This document shows positions 9,796-19,083 of a DNA stretch of 64,000 bases, in pieces; within the stretch, counting starts at the first letter, position 1, and the number at the start of each line of letters is the position of its first letter. The notes under the pieces are model-generated. The model was not told the DNA's origin. It made no database searches and saw only the letters and a program-made list of their open reading frames with translations. Made by a program: the position numbers and the translations under genes. Origin of the DNA: Candidatus Marinacidobacterales bacterium. Its GTDB lineage: Bacteria; Acidobacteriota; Vicinamibacteria; Marinacidobacterales; DATDRI01. The DNA lies in the NCBI GenBank assembly GCA_965226495.1, contig OZ245365.1, forward strand, positions 192,001 to 256,000, in the 5' to 3' direction.

Positions 9796-10119
9796 CTAGT
9801 CGTTCTCGCCCTTTACCTCGTGCTCCTTGTGCATGTACTTGATGTTGTGCTTGAAGATGAGAATGTTGGGCTTGTCGATGCGGTTCACTTTGAGACAGTG
9901 CCGGTCGTACCACTCGATAACCCCTCTGAGTTCTTCTCCATCTTGCAGTACCAGCACCATAGGGGTCTTGCTGTTCATCTGTTTGATGTAGTAGAAGCTC
10001 TCCGCGTTGGTCTGCTCCGGGGGGACCGGCTTTCGGCGCGCCGGCTTGGACGACATCTGATCCTTGATGTCCGCTAGGTTGGGACGAATCAGCTTTCGAT
10101 TCACGGTTCCTCGGTCCAT
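9796..10119 (-). CDS. hfq: Hfq-like (Sm fold) RNA chaperone
   Basis: YYIKQMNSKTPMVLVLQDGEELRGVIEWYD...LIFKHNIKY (Sm2 [YF]KH motif); AGGA RBS before ATG 10119. Confidence 0.82.
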   Translation of the reverse strand: MDRGTVNRKLIRPNLADIKDQMSSKPARRKPVPPEQTNAESFYYIKQMNSKTPMVLVLQDGEELRGVIEWYDRHCLKVNRIDKPNILIFKHNIKYMHKEHEVKGEND

Positions 10120-10302
10120 CTGTTTTCCTGCTAGAAAAATTGGCGCGCTCGCGCAGAGAAGACACGACACCCCCGAGGGCAGGCCGATTCTGCACGTTAT
10201 TCAGGTAAGAGCGGCCCTCGGACGGTTGTGAACCCGCCGGTTTCTTTTACCGGACTAGATCCTGCCGAGTTGTAATCTGAAGATCGCCAACAGATTGCGG
10301 GG

Positions 10303-10331
10303 AGTCTAGCACCAAGCCTGGGAGGGCGCAA
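10303..10331 (-). promoter_or_regulatory. sigma70 promoter for hfq
   Basis: Minus strand TTGCGC-N17-TAGACT with TGn extension, just after the holB stop. Confidence 0.6.
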
Positions 10332-10334
10332 GTG

Positions 10335-11399
10335 TCAAAGTTGAGAGGGCCGCGAAGTAGAAACACGCGGGCGAGCTCGCGAACCCAGCGTTAGGAACAG
10401 GCGTTCGAGTGTGATTCGTTTGTTCGCGTAACGTACCTCGAGATCCTGGAGAGATTGTTCGGCCAGGACGAAGGCCTCGAGCCAGGTCTCGAGCCCAACA
10501 CGCGAAGCGAGGACGCCGAGCTCTTCGCTGCGATCTGAAGCCAGGATGGAACCCTGCTCACCGCTTGCGATGCAAGAAAGATCGCGGAGGACGCCGACCA
10601 GCAATCGCACGATACCGACCAGCGATTTGTGCTTGGCGAGCCGATCGGCCCGTGCGAACAAATCTGCCCGTCCGGGGGCGTCTGCCAACATATGGGCCAC
10701 CTCCAGGGCCTCGCCGCGTAACTCGACCAGTTCGTCGGTCTTTGCAGCCAGTGCGCTGGCGAGGCTCCCCCCCGAGCCCGAAGACGCCAGGTTCGCATCT
10801 TCCGCTGAAAACCCGTGTTGCGAGACGAGGATGTCTGTAATTTCCTCTTGGAGCAGGGGGAGGAAGCGAATCTTCTGGCAACGGGAAAGTAGCGTGGGGA
10901 GTATGGCGGCTTCATGTGAAGTGAGCAGCACGAGCACGATCCAAGACGGTGATTCCTCCAATGTCTTGAGCAGCGTGTTGGCGGCAGTGGGGTTCATCCG
11001 GTCGGCTGCCTCGATGATGGTGACACGCTTCCGGCCTTCGAAGGGTCGGAAGGGGCTTTCGCTTACCACCTGTCGGACGGCTTCCGCTTTGATCTGCCCT
11101 CCGGCTCCTTCCGGCGCAATGCGCCGCACGTCCGGGAAGCTTCCCGATTCGATGCGCCGGCAGGCGGGGCATTCATTGCAGGCGTCATAAGCACCGGGCG
11201 CACCGGGGGCCTCGTCTCCGCCTCCGCCATCAAGGGCCCGCTTGCAATTGAGCGCTTTGGCGAGGTTCATGGCAGCTTCGAGCTTTCCGACGCCGTCGGG
11301 TCCGCTGAAGAGCAAGCTCGACGGGACCTGGCCACGGGCCACCATCTTTTTCAGGCGATCGATCGCCGAACGGTTTCCGACTATTTGCGAGAAAGACAT
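10335..11399 (-). CDS. holB: DNA polymerase III delta' subunit
   Basis: LLFSGPDGVGK, Zn-binding CNECPAC, ANTLLKTLEE, LPTLLSRCQ; follows tmk. Confidence 0.95.
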   Translation of the reverse strand: MSFSQIVGNRSAIDRLKKMVARGQVPSSLLFSGPDGVGKLEAAMNLAKALNCKRALDGGGGDEAPGAPGAYDACNECPACRRIESGSFPDVRRIAPEGAGGQIKAEAVRQVVSESPFRPFEGRKRVTIIEAADRMNPTAANTLLKTLEESPSWIVLVLLTSHEAAILPTLLSRCQKIRFLPLLQEEITDILVSQHGFSAEDANLASSGSGGSLASALAAKTDELVELRGEALEVAHMLADAPGRADLFARADRLAKHKSLVGIVRLLVGVLRDLSCIASGEQGSILASDRSEELGVLASRVGLETWLEAFVLAEQSLQDLEVRYANKRITLERLFLTLGSRARPRVSTSRPSQL

Positions 11400-11460
11400 T
11401 TTTTGGGGGCGCGCAGCTTGCAGAGATCGAATTAGCTTCTGCGTTCGGTCGTCCGGTTCA

Positions 11461-12144
11461 TCACAACCGGCCCAAACGAGACAATCGAGGGGTCAGTCGT
11501 TTCCAGATGTCCTCGTGAATCTGGAGTCGATTGCCAGTGGCAGGCACCACCACGAAGCGCCGTTTCTCCTGGCGGGCGAGTTGGAGATATCCCTTACGGA
11601 CCTTGCGGTGGAACTCGAGACGCTCGAGTTCGAACCGACCCTGAGTGCGGCTCTGACGGGTTCTCCGGTTGCGAACCCGAGCACGACGCAGACCGTGTTC
11701 CGGCGGCAGATCGAGTAGGACCGTAAACCGAGGGCGAAACTCGCCGGTCATCAACCGATCGAATGAGCGAATCAACCGGCGTGACAAACCTCGCGCGTAT
11801 CCCTGGTAAGCGATGCTCGAATCGGTGAATCGATCCGTGATCACAATCCGGCCCTCGTCGAGCGCCGGACGGATGACCTCTTCGAGATGTTGGGCACGAT
11901 CGGCGAAGTACAGTGCCAACTCGACCTCCGGCACCATCCGATGGTGGGCCGGGTGCAAGAGAACCTTCCGTATCTCTCGGCCGATCTGCGTGCCTCCAGG
12001 TTCTCGCGTCATGAGGCAGGAGCGGCCGCCACTCTCCAGTCGCTTTGATAGGAGCTTGGCTTGAGTCGATTTGCCGCAACCCTCTATCCCCTCGAAGCTG
12101 ATCAGATAACCCAGGCGTCTCGTCAAACCCTGACAAATTATCAC
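11461..12144 (-). CDS. tmk: dTMP kinase
   Basis: FEGIEGCGKSTQ, TREPGGT, DRFTDSSIAYQG. Start approximate. Confidence 0.96.
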   Translation of the reverse strand: MIICQGLTRRLGYLISFEGIEGCGKSTQAKLLSKRLESGGRSCLMTREPGGTQIGREIRKVLLHPAHHRMVPEVELALYFADRAQHLEEVIRPALDEGRIVITDRFTDSSIAYQGYARGLSRRLIRSFDRLMTGEFRPRFTVLLDLPPEHGLRRARVRNRRTRQSRTQGRFELERLEFHRKVRKGYLQLARQEKRRFVVVPATGNRLQIHEDIWKRLTPRLSRLGRL

Positions 12145-12264
12145 AGGCTGCTCGGCGCCTCAACCCGCCTACGCACCGTGAATGCATTTGAGCTACGGCG
12201 CGGCAAGCGAGCGACTCACCCGGCGCGGACGCTATAATCACGACCATCCCACGGAGGCAAGGCG

Positions 12265-13020
12265 ATGATCGCATTAGAAGGCAAGGTGGCGCTGGTAACG
12301 GGTGGTTCTCGAGGAATCGGAGAGGCCATCGCGGTTTCGTTGGCGGCGGCGGGAGCCAGTGTGGCTGTGAGTTATGCAACGCAGCGTGAAAAGGCGGAAG
12401 ACGTGGTCCGACGTATCGAGGCCAAGGGAGGCCGCGCGATCGCTCTCCAGGCTGATGTGGTTCAGGAGAATGCCGTCCGGGAGATCGTCGCCCAGACGGA
12501 GTCGCAACTTGGGCCGCTCGATGTGGTGGTTGCCAACGCGGGGATCTGGAAGAAGGCGGTTCTCCCCGAGATGACCCTTGATGAGTGGGACGAGACTCTA
12601 GATACGAATCTCAAAGGAGTGTTCCTCACCACCAAGCATGCGGCCCGCGTGATGATCGCCCGTAGATCCGGCCGCCTCGTTCTCATCTCTTCGACTTCCG
12701 GTCAGAGAGGCGAGGCATTCTATTCCCATTACTCTGCGTCCAAAGGGGGCATTATCAGTTTGACGAAGTCGCTGGCGCTCGAGCTGGCTCCGCACGGGAT
12801 CTTGGTGAACTGCGTCGCCCCCGGGTGGGTGGTAACGGATATGACTACCGAGACGTTTTCGTCGCCCGAACGCGCGGCGGTGGAGGCGACGATACCGCTT
12901 CGCCGGCCGGGAACGCCCGACGAGATTGCGGGGGCAGTCGTGTTTCTGGCCTCGGAGCTGGCGACATACATCACAGGGGAAATACTAAACGTTAATGGAG
13001 GTTCGGTGTTGGTGGGCTAA
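12265..13020 (+). CDS. SDR family oxidoreductase (FabG-like)
   Basis: TGGSRGIG, NAG, YSASK, VNCVAPG; GGAGG RBS. Confidence 0.93.
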   Translation: MIALEGKVALVTGGSRGIGEAIAVSLAAAGASVAVSYATQREKAEDVVRRIEAKGGRAIALQADVVQENAVREIVAQTESQLGPLDVVVANAGIWKKAVLPEMTLDEWDETLDTNLKGVFLTTKHAARVMIARRSGRLVLISSTSGQRGEAFYSHYSASKGGIISLTKSLALELAPHGILVNCVAPGWVVTDMTTETFSSPERAAVEATIPLRRPGTPDEIAGAVVFLASELATYITGEILNVNGGSVLVG

Positions 13021-13052
13021 CCCGCCTTCGCCAAGGCTTCGGCGCGGCAGGC
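13021..13052. repeat. REP-like GC-rich palindromic element between convergent genes
   Basis: CCCGCCTTCGCCAAGGCTTCGGCGCGGCAGGC, an imperfect hairpin resembling a dispersed REP-type repeat; single copy in this window. Confidence 0.5.
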
Positions 13053-13058
13053 TTTGGT

Positions 13059-14189
13059 TTAGACGAGCATTCCGCTCACCATGGCCACGTACCTATGCGC
13101 GGAGTTCAGCAGGAGCGCGCTGGCCAAGGCGACCGGCTGGCTCTTGTCGGTGATGAGGGCCAGACCCTCGCCCGTCTCCGGGATGCACTTCACGATCAAA
13201 TAGAAGTTCTCAGTACTCAGGGAGAGCGTTTCCACATGGTCCTCGTCTTTCATGGAAGCGAGGTTCTCCAAGTACTTCACGAACGCGGGTAACTTTTCGA
13301 TGATGAGCTGCTCTTCGGTCTCCTTGGGAAACTCCACTTGCTCTAATTCGATTTCCTCGGTGCTGAGGTTGAAGAAGAAGGATGCCAGCATGGAGGGGGT
13401 CTGCTCACGGATGGCGGAGAGAACTTTCTTTTGGAGCGGTTTTCTGTCGACAATCTTCGCCCTCGGTTGGGCCGCTTCTGGCTCTGCAACCGGCTCCGGG
13501 GCCGGCGCACTCTCCGAGGTAGACTCCCGTGGCCGTTGTTGCTCGAGAATCTCATGGAGACGGCTGGACCTAGCCCGTTGCGTTTCGTGGCGAGCTTTCC
13601 AAATGTTCGACGAGAACTCGGACTGGAAGACCCGGGCTGAAGTTTCAGGCGCGTCTAGGGCTTCAAAGACCTTGTTCATGGCTTCGCCCTTCTCGAAGGT
13701 AACGCCGCCAGTGGTTTCGAAGTAGCCGTTCGAGAATCGGCCCCGCACCAGCAAGATCATTCCCGTGCCCTTGCTGGTAATAACCTCTAAGGAGCCAGTA
13801 TGCCCGTCTTTTTCCAACTTGGAGAGGAGATCCCGGAGGGGCTGTGACGCGAAGATCTGCCCGAAGATCTCCTGGCGGTTGGAAAGGCCCCTCAGCATGT
13901 GAGCCATGTCTAGCGGCAATTCGTAGACCGAGACCTTGGCCTCTTTCAGGCTTGCTGCGTTTCTCAATTTGAGCATGGCCTCATTGGAAACGGAGATTTC
14001 GTTTCCGGCGCGATAGATGATGTTGATTTGCTCTCCTAGGTAAAACAGGATCAGTCCTTCGGCGTCACCAAAAGCGATCTCCATATAGCCGGAGAGGTTA
14101 ACGTCCTCACACTGCCTCGTGACGCTCTCGAGGGGAGTGGTCTCGGTCGACAAGTTTTCGGAAAGCAGCTTACTGCCCGGGAAACGCAT
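13059..14189 (-). CDS. Hypothetical protein: tandem DUF4388/PATAN-like domains plus C-terminal roadblock-like domain
   Basis: Two repeats of (S/T)G-x-[ML]-E-[IV]...G-x-I-L-[FL]-x-x-G; C-terminal alpha/beta segment LSLSTENFYLIVKCIP..GLALIT. Confidence 0.55.
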   Translation of the reverse strand: MRFPGSKLLSENLSTETTPLESVTRQCEDVNLSGYMEIAFGDAEGLILFYLGEQINIIYRAGNEISVSNEAMLKLRNAASLKEAKVSVYELPLDMAHMLRGLSNRQEIFGQIFASQPLRDLLSKLEKDGHTGSLEVITSKGTGMILLVRGRFSNGYFETTGGVTFEKGEAMNKVFEALDAPETSARVFQSEFSSNIWKARHETQRARSSRLHEILEQQRPRESTSESAPAPEPVAEPEAAQPRAKIVDRKPLQKKVLSAIREQTPSMLASFFFNLSTEEIELEQVEFPKETEEQLIIEKLPAFVKYLENLASMKDEDHVETLSLSTENFYLIVKCIPETGEGLALITDKSQPVALASALLLNSAHRYVAMVSGMLV

Positions 14190-14261
14190 TAGTGGAAGTG
14201 TAGCAGAGGCTTCCGAGGTCCAGCAACAGAAACGAGAAGGGTCGGTCCGGGCCTCACGTTA

Positions 14262-14294
14262 CCCTCACCCTGGCCCTCTCCCAAAGGGAGAGGG
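14262..14294 (+). repeat. BoxC-like palindromic repeat
   Basis: CCCTCACCCTGGCCCTCTCCCAAAGGGAGAGGG: pyrimidine tail plus CCCTCTCCC/GGGAGAGGG hairpin. Confidence 0.7.
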
Positions 14295-14489
14295 AGTCGA
14301 GGAAGGAAGCCATCATCCATTGCCTCACCCGCCGTCTGACAATGTTGTCGTTGGCACCCCGTATTTAGACGGCCGACTCCCCAGGGGGAGCTATACCCTT
14401 TTACGTAAGCTGAGTGGTGTGGGTGGCTTGACCCACCGCCTCCAGCCCCGCGAGAAGATGCCGCTCGGTCCCGACGATTCCGAGTGTTG

Positions 14490-17378
14490 TCAGTTGGCCG
14501 GAACGAGCCGCCTCAACTCCTCGAACCAGTTGAGGACCACGTTGAGTTGCCTCGGTCGCGTCGATTGTTCTAACGCCTCGATCATCACGAATCGCTGCCC
14601 GTCGGGCGAGACGTCGTAGTTGGCACCAAACGAATTTGGTGCATAGTTTCCCTCGAACAAAACGACCGGCTTGGAGGCGATAAAAATTGGATCCGTCTCG
14701 TACGGGACCACCATCAACTTGTCGTCGGCTCGATAGAAGAGTTCTGCCCTCCGAGGGGACCACACCGGTTCCGTCCCACCTTCGGTCGAAACCAGCCACT
14801 TGCCGGCGAGGTCGGGGAAGGCCTGCACGTAGACTTCCGACTGACCCGACTCATCTGAGGTATACGCTAGCCACCGCCCATCGGGCGACAGCTTCGGGTG
14901 CTGCTCCTGCCACGGAGCCTGAAGCAAGAGCTCTGGTTTCCCGCCTCCCTCGATGGGAAGCACGCCGATATCCGTACCCGCGCCTCCATGTAATTGCACG
15001 AAGACCAGCACCTCGCCATCCGATGACCAGGAGGCAGGGCTCAGGCCCTTATCGTTTTCGGGCGGTGTCAGCTGGCGCACTTCGCGAGTGCCATCACTCC
15101 GCTTTATGAAGATGTCGGAAATGCTGCTGCTGCCGCTGCGGCCCTTAGCAAACGCCATCTGTCCTCCGTCAGGGGCCCACACTCCGTAAGCACCGGAATC
15201 GAACGTTAGGCGGGCTAAAGTGCCTCGCGCCAACTCATAGATCCAAATGTCCCTGGTTCCTTCCTCACTGTCAACGTTGAGAGCCAACCGCTGGCCATCC
15301 GGAGAGAAGCGAGGCAGCGAATAGCCCCCAGGCGCCTCGATTAGATTTCGAGATAGCCCTTGGCGATCGACCGACACCAACGCGTGCTCCGGCGTGAGGC
15401 TCGCAGAGCCTGTCACGTAGACCAACCTCCCGTTGCGCGAAGAGCTGAAGTTCACAGCGCCGCCGCTCTTGGTGAACACACCCTCCAAAACTGGAACGGG
15501 ATCACCAGTGACGGCAAGCCTGTCAAGGTCGAACGGTACCGCCCACAACGTCTCGTCGACGCCGTACACGACGTGTCCAGTGGGCACGTAATGCGGATTG
15601 CTGCCATTCTCAATGACGACGTTCTGATCACCATTTTCAAGCGAAAGTACGGCAATCCGGTTGCTTTCGGGCGTGAGGATGTTGAAGAGGATGGCGTCTC
15701 CGCCGGGCAGGAACTCCGGCCAAGCATGATCCATTTCGCCCCGCTCCGCATCAACGGTCGTCAACTCGTCCGGCTCGCCCCCAGCTGCCGCGACCCGTAA
15801 CAATCCCTTGCTCGCGAACGTCGAGAACACGATCGTGTCATCAGGCCCCCAACTTACGCCCTGGAGCGCCGAGTTCCACTGACAAATCGTCACAGATCCC
15901 CCGCCAAGGACGGAGACCTTTTTAAGGTTGTCGTTGTCGCTCCCGGCACTCACCTGGAACCCAACCCACTCCCCGTCGGGTGAGAAGAACGGGCTGCGCG
16001 CACGCTCGCTACCGAGGAGAGGCGTGGCTACGAACTGATCCAGGTCGCGGACGTAGAGGTGCCGACCCTCGTTACCACCAGTGCTGGTTAAATAGACAAT
16101 GCGCGTGCCGTCAGGGGAGAACGCCACGTCCTGATGAGCATCAGTCAGTTGCAACGATCCTTCCGGTGGCGTTGTCACGACAAACCGAGCGGGAGCAGGA
16201 GGTGGGGGCGATGGTTTGAAATTCCACACGGCAACACCGATGAGGGTACCTGCTACCGCCAAGGTGGCGAGCGCCAATGGTATGGCCCGCCGCCAAAACG
16301 CGCGCTCGGAAATTCCTGTTGGCAACGAACCGCCTTCAGCGATCCACGTCAACTCGTCTCTCAGGTCATGGGCAGAGTGCCACCGATCCTCGGGGTCCTT
16401 GGCCAGACATTTCGCAACGACCCGATCCAGCGTCGGAGGGATCACCGGCCGGAGGTTCGAGATCGTGGGAGGCTGGGAGTCCAAAATCGCCGCGAGGAGG
16501 CTGGCCTGACTCTTGCCTTCAAACGCTCGACGGCCCGTCACCATTTCGTAAAGCACGGAACCAAAGGCAAAGATGTCCGTGCGCGCATCGACTTTCTCGC
16601 CCTCGACTTGTTCCGGGGCCATGTACTGCAACGTGCCAACAATCGCACCTTCTCGTGTCATTTTGGTCGCGGTTGCGGCGTCAAGGTCGAGCTTGGAAGG
16701 GTCGGGTATCAGCTTCGCCAATCCAAAATCCAGAAGCTTCGCACCCGATTTTGTCAGCATGACGTTGCCGGGCTTCAGGTCTCGGTGCACCACGCCGTGA
16801 CGGTGTGCTTTATCGAGCGCGTCCGCGATCTCGATTCCATACTGCAGTGCTTGGTCCAAACGGAGCGCGCCCTTGGCGAGTCGCTCTGCCAGCGTCTCTC
16901 CCTCGATGTGCTCCATTACTAAGAAGTCGACTCCGTTTTCTTGGCCGACGTCGTAAAGTGTGCAGATGTGGGGGTGGTTCAGTTGAGAGATCGTGCGGGC
17001 CTCGCGCTCGAACCGTTCTCGGGCCTGAGGGTTTCCGGCGACATGAGACGGGAGCACCTTGACGGCAACCGTGCGATCGAGTCGCGTGTCGGTGGCTTCG
17101 TAGACTTGGCCCATCCCGCCCGCACCAATGAGGCGAACGAGTTTGTAGTGGCCGAGTTCGGTTCCGGGCGCGAGTTCCATGCTATCTACCACGGGGGTGT
17201 AATCGAGAAAGCCCTTCGCTTCTGCCTCTTCATGATTGGCCAGTAGCTCTTCGACCCGCTCTCGTAGCGCATCTTGTCCCGAGCACGCTTCGTCCAAGAA
17301 AGCGGCCCGCTCTCCTTTAGGGCGCTCGAGCGCGGCTTCGAGCAAGGCTGCGATACGCTCCCAAGAGTCCGGCTTCAA
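14490..17378 (-). CDS. Hanks-type Ser/Thr kinase with TM helix and C-terminal TolB/PD40 beta-propeller
   Basis: GAGGMGQV, VAVK, HRDLKPGN, DFGLAK, YMAPE; TM helix; repeated SPDG motifs; ends VVLNWFEEL. Confidence 0.95.
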   Translation of the reverse strand: MKPDSWERIAALLEAALERPKGERAAFLDEACSGQDALRERVEELLANHEEAEAKGFLDYTPVVDSMELAPGTELGHYKLVRLIGAGGMGQVYEATDTRLDRTVAVKVLPSHVAGNPQARERFEREARTISQLNHPHICTLYDVGQENGVDFLVMEHIEGETLAERLAKGALRLDQALQYGIEIADALDKAHRHGVVHRDLKPGNVMLTKSGAKLLDFGLAKLIPDPSKLDLDAATATKMTREGAIVGTLQYMAPEQVEGEKVDARTDIFAFGSVLYEMVTGRRAFEGKSQASLLAAILDSQPPTISNLRPVIPPTLDRVVAKCLAKDPEDRWHSAHDLRDELTWIAEGGSLPTGISERAFWRRAIPLALATLAVAGTLIGVAVWNFKPSPPPPAPARFVVTTPPEGSLQLTDAHQDVAFSPDGTRIVYLTSTGGNEGRHLYVRDLDQFVATPLLGSERARSPFFSPDGEWVGFQVSAGSDNDNLKKVSVLGGGSVTICQWNSALQGVSWGPDDTIVFSTFASKGLLRVAAAGGEPDELTTVDAERGEMDHAWPEFLPGGDAILFNILTPESNRIAVLSLENGDQNVVIENGSNPHYVPTGHVVYGVDETLWAVPFDLDRLAVTGDPVPVLEGVFTKSGGAVNFSSSRNGRLVYVTGSASLTPEHALVSVDRQGLSRNLIEAPGGYSLPRFSPDGQRLALNVDSEEGTRDIWIYELARGTLARLTFDSGAYGVWAPDGGQMAFAKGRSGSSSISDIFIKRSDGTREVRQLTPPENDKGLSPASWSSDGEVLVFVQLHGGAGTDIGVLPIEGGGKPELLLQAPWQEQHPKLSPDGRWLAYTSDESGQSEVYVQAFPDLAGKWLVSTEGGTEPVWSPRRAELFYRADDKLMVVPYETDPIFIASKPVVLFEGNYAPNSFGANYDVSPDGQRFVMIEALEQSTRPRQLNVVLNWFEELRRLVPAN

Positions 17379-17396
17379 ATGACTCGCCTCTTGACC

Positions 17397-18503
17397 TCAC
17401 CGTAGAGCCAAGCTCGGGCGGCACGCAATCCCCTCTTTACGGGAGTTAACGACATGGCCAGCCCTTTGAGCGTGAAAATAGCCCTGCACGGGCTGAAAAG
17501 TCAATGAGTACGCGGGCGCAGGCTCGCGCGCCTGGTCCGCTCCACCGCGATGACGCTCCATTACGTCGGTTCCGTACTCGCAATCCGCCAGATACTGGTT
17601 GTGTGTGGGACAAATCATCCGGATGTTCTCGGGACTGTGGTCTCCGCCGCGGGCATAGGGATCGTCGTGGTGGAATTGCAGTGCCTTCCGCTCGTTGCAG
17701 CGTCTACCTTGTGCGTCTACGAACGTGCAGCGATTTTCGTCCCGATCGCTCACCGCGCGCCTTACCGGGGCCGGGATGTAGCGTGAAGACGGCGAAGTGT
17801 CGGTGTCTTTGAGATCCCGTCTCGGCGCCCGCGTCCTACCGTAGCGCCTCGACTCCAACCTCTCCAGCTTCTCAGTGACAGCCTCTTCAATGATCGCGGC
17901 CAGGTCGCCTTCCGGCATGAGGCCACGCAGGCGCTCGATCTTGTCTTTCAGCTCCGTACTGGCCGTGAATTGGATTTTGTAGCGGGCAGGTGCGAGGGGC
18001 TCAACCGGCCTCAGCGCCGTGGCCTTTGGTAACACTACTGCGTCCGGGCGCAGTTGGGCGGGCGCGGGAAGCTTGCGTATCTTGGGCGCAACATCGGGCT
18101 TCGGCGCAACCTCTGCCACCAGCTCTTCGATCTTCGCCTTGGACTTGTGCGCCGCGCGCGGCAAAACGGTGTCCCGGTTCGCCTCCGTGAGGTGGGGCGA
18201 AAGCTTGGCGGCACCGGTCAGATGAATACGCCCGTCCTCGAGCATTTTCAAAAGCTCCGGGTGTCTTCGGGATGCGCGCGCGACTCGGATGCGGAGATAG
18301 GCCTCGGCTTCCGACATGTGTAAGACCTCGGTGCAGTAGGTAAACATCGAGGAACAAGCTTCCCGTGCGTAGAGGCGCCGCTCATCTACCTCAGCAATAT
18401 GCGCGACCAACTCTGACTCGACGCGTCGCGATTCTTCTACCAGCCCTGACAAGCGGCGGAGTAGCTCGTCATCCGAAATCGATTTCAATATCTGGCTAAA
18501 CAT
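17397..18503 (-). CDS. DUF222-like / HNH endonuclease domain protein
   Basis: LVAHIAEVDERRLY...SMFTYC N-terminus; RYIPAPVRRAVSDRDENRC...HHDDPYARGG...NIRMICPTHN HNH motif; AGGAGG RBS. Confidence 0.88.
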   Translation of the reverse strand: MFSQILKSISDDELLRRLSGLVEESRRVESELVAHIAEVDERRLYAREACSSMFTYCTEVLHMSEAEAYLRIRVARASRRHPELLKMLEDGRIHLTGAAKLSPHLTEANRDTVLPRAAHKSKAKIEELVAEVAPKPDVAPKIRKLPAPAQLRPDAVVLPKATALRPVEPLAPARYKIQFTASTELKDKIERLRGLMPEGDLAAIIEEAVTEKLERLESRRYGRTRAPRRDLKDTDTSPSSRYIPAPVRRAVSDRDENRCTFVDAQGRRCNERKALQFHHDDPYARGGDHSPENIRMICPTHNQYLADCEYGTDVMERHRGGADQAREPAPAYSLTFQPVQGYFHAQRAGHVVNSRKEGIACRPSLALR

Positions 18504-18746
18504 GTGCCGACCCTCCTAAGCACCAATATAACAACGTACTTTTCTTGGCCTTGAGATGACGTGAGTCGGAAGGAACGCGCTTTGACGACGTTTTTGTCTC
18601 GAAGATTGTAGGCGTTGACTAGAGCGTCAACGTCAGCTCGAGGGATGGCGCTGCGAAAGCATCAAAGAAGCTAGGAAAATTTGTTGCGGGATCTTGTCAA
18701 GAGAAAACCCAAATTTTTTTCTTGGAGGGACCTTGGGGGACATCGT

Positions 18747-18872
18747 TCAGTTGGCACGAGCGTCGAGGCGCCGAATCCCTTCCTCGCGTGCCACACGATA
18801 GGCCTGCGCGTATTCTTCCTCGTAGAGTCGGCGGTGGATCTCGGGGTAGCGTTCCGTTTTGCCCGCCGGGTA
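18747..18872 (-). pseudogene. 3' remnant of a PflX-like radical SAM gene
   Basis: Frame reads YPAGKTERYPEIHRRLYEEEYAQAYRVAREEGIRRLDARAN*, resembling the PflX C-terminus. No start codon before the in-frame stop at 18921-18923. Confidence 0.55.
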
Positions 18873-19083
18873 GGCGTGGACGCGTTCGGCGTCGAGCTCT
18901 CGAGTTCCATAAAGGCTGCCTCATGGTTCCTCCGGGAGGTCGAAGTCGTTGAGCGCTAAGTATATCCGACGGGGAGGAGGCATGAAAAGGGATGTGGTAC
19001 CATGTTTCAGAAAATTTCCCAGGGAGGATGTTCGAAGACATTCGAGGGCGGTGAGGGAGGCCTCGCCGTCGCGCGGGAACCCG

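Noticed and set aside
9136-10334. tmRNA or 6S RNA near smpB
   Set aside because: The intergenic gaps are too short for tmRNA and lack its tRNA-like ends; I could not recognise 6S motifs.
18671-18924. Small basic ORFs on the minus strand
   Set aside because: Low-complexity Arg/Pro-rich translations; the third frame (PflX-like remnant) explains the region better.
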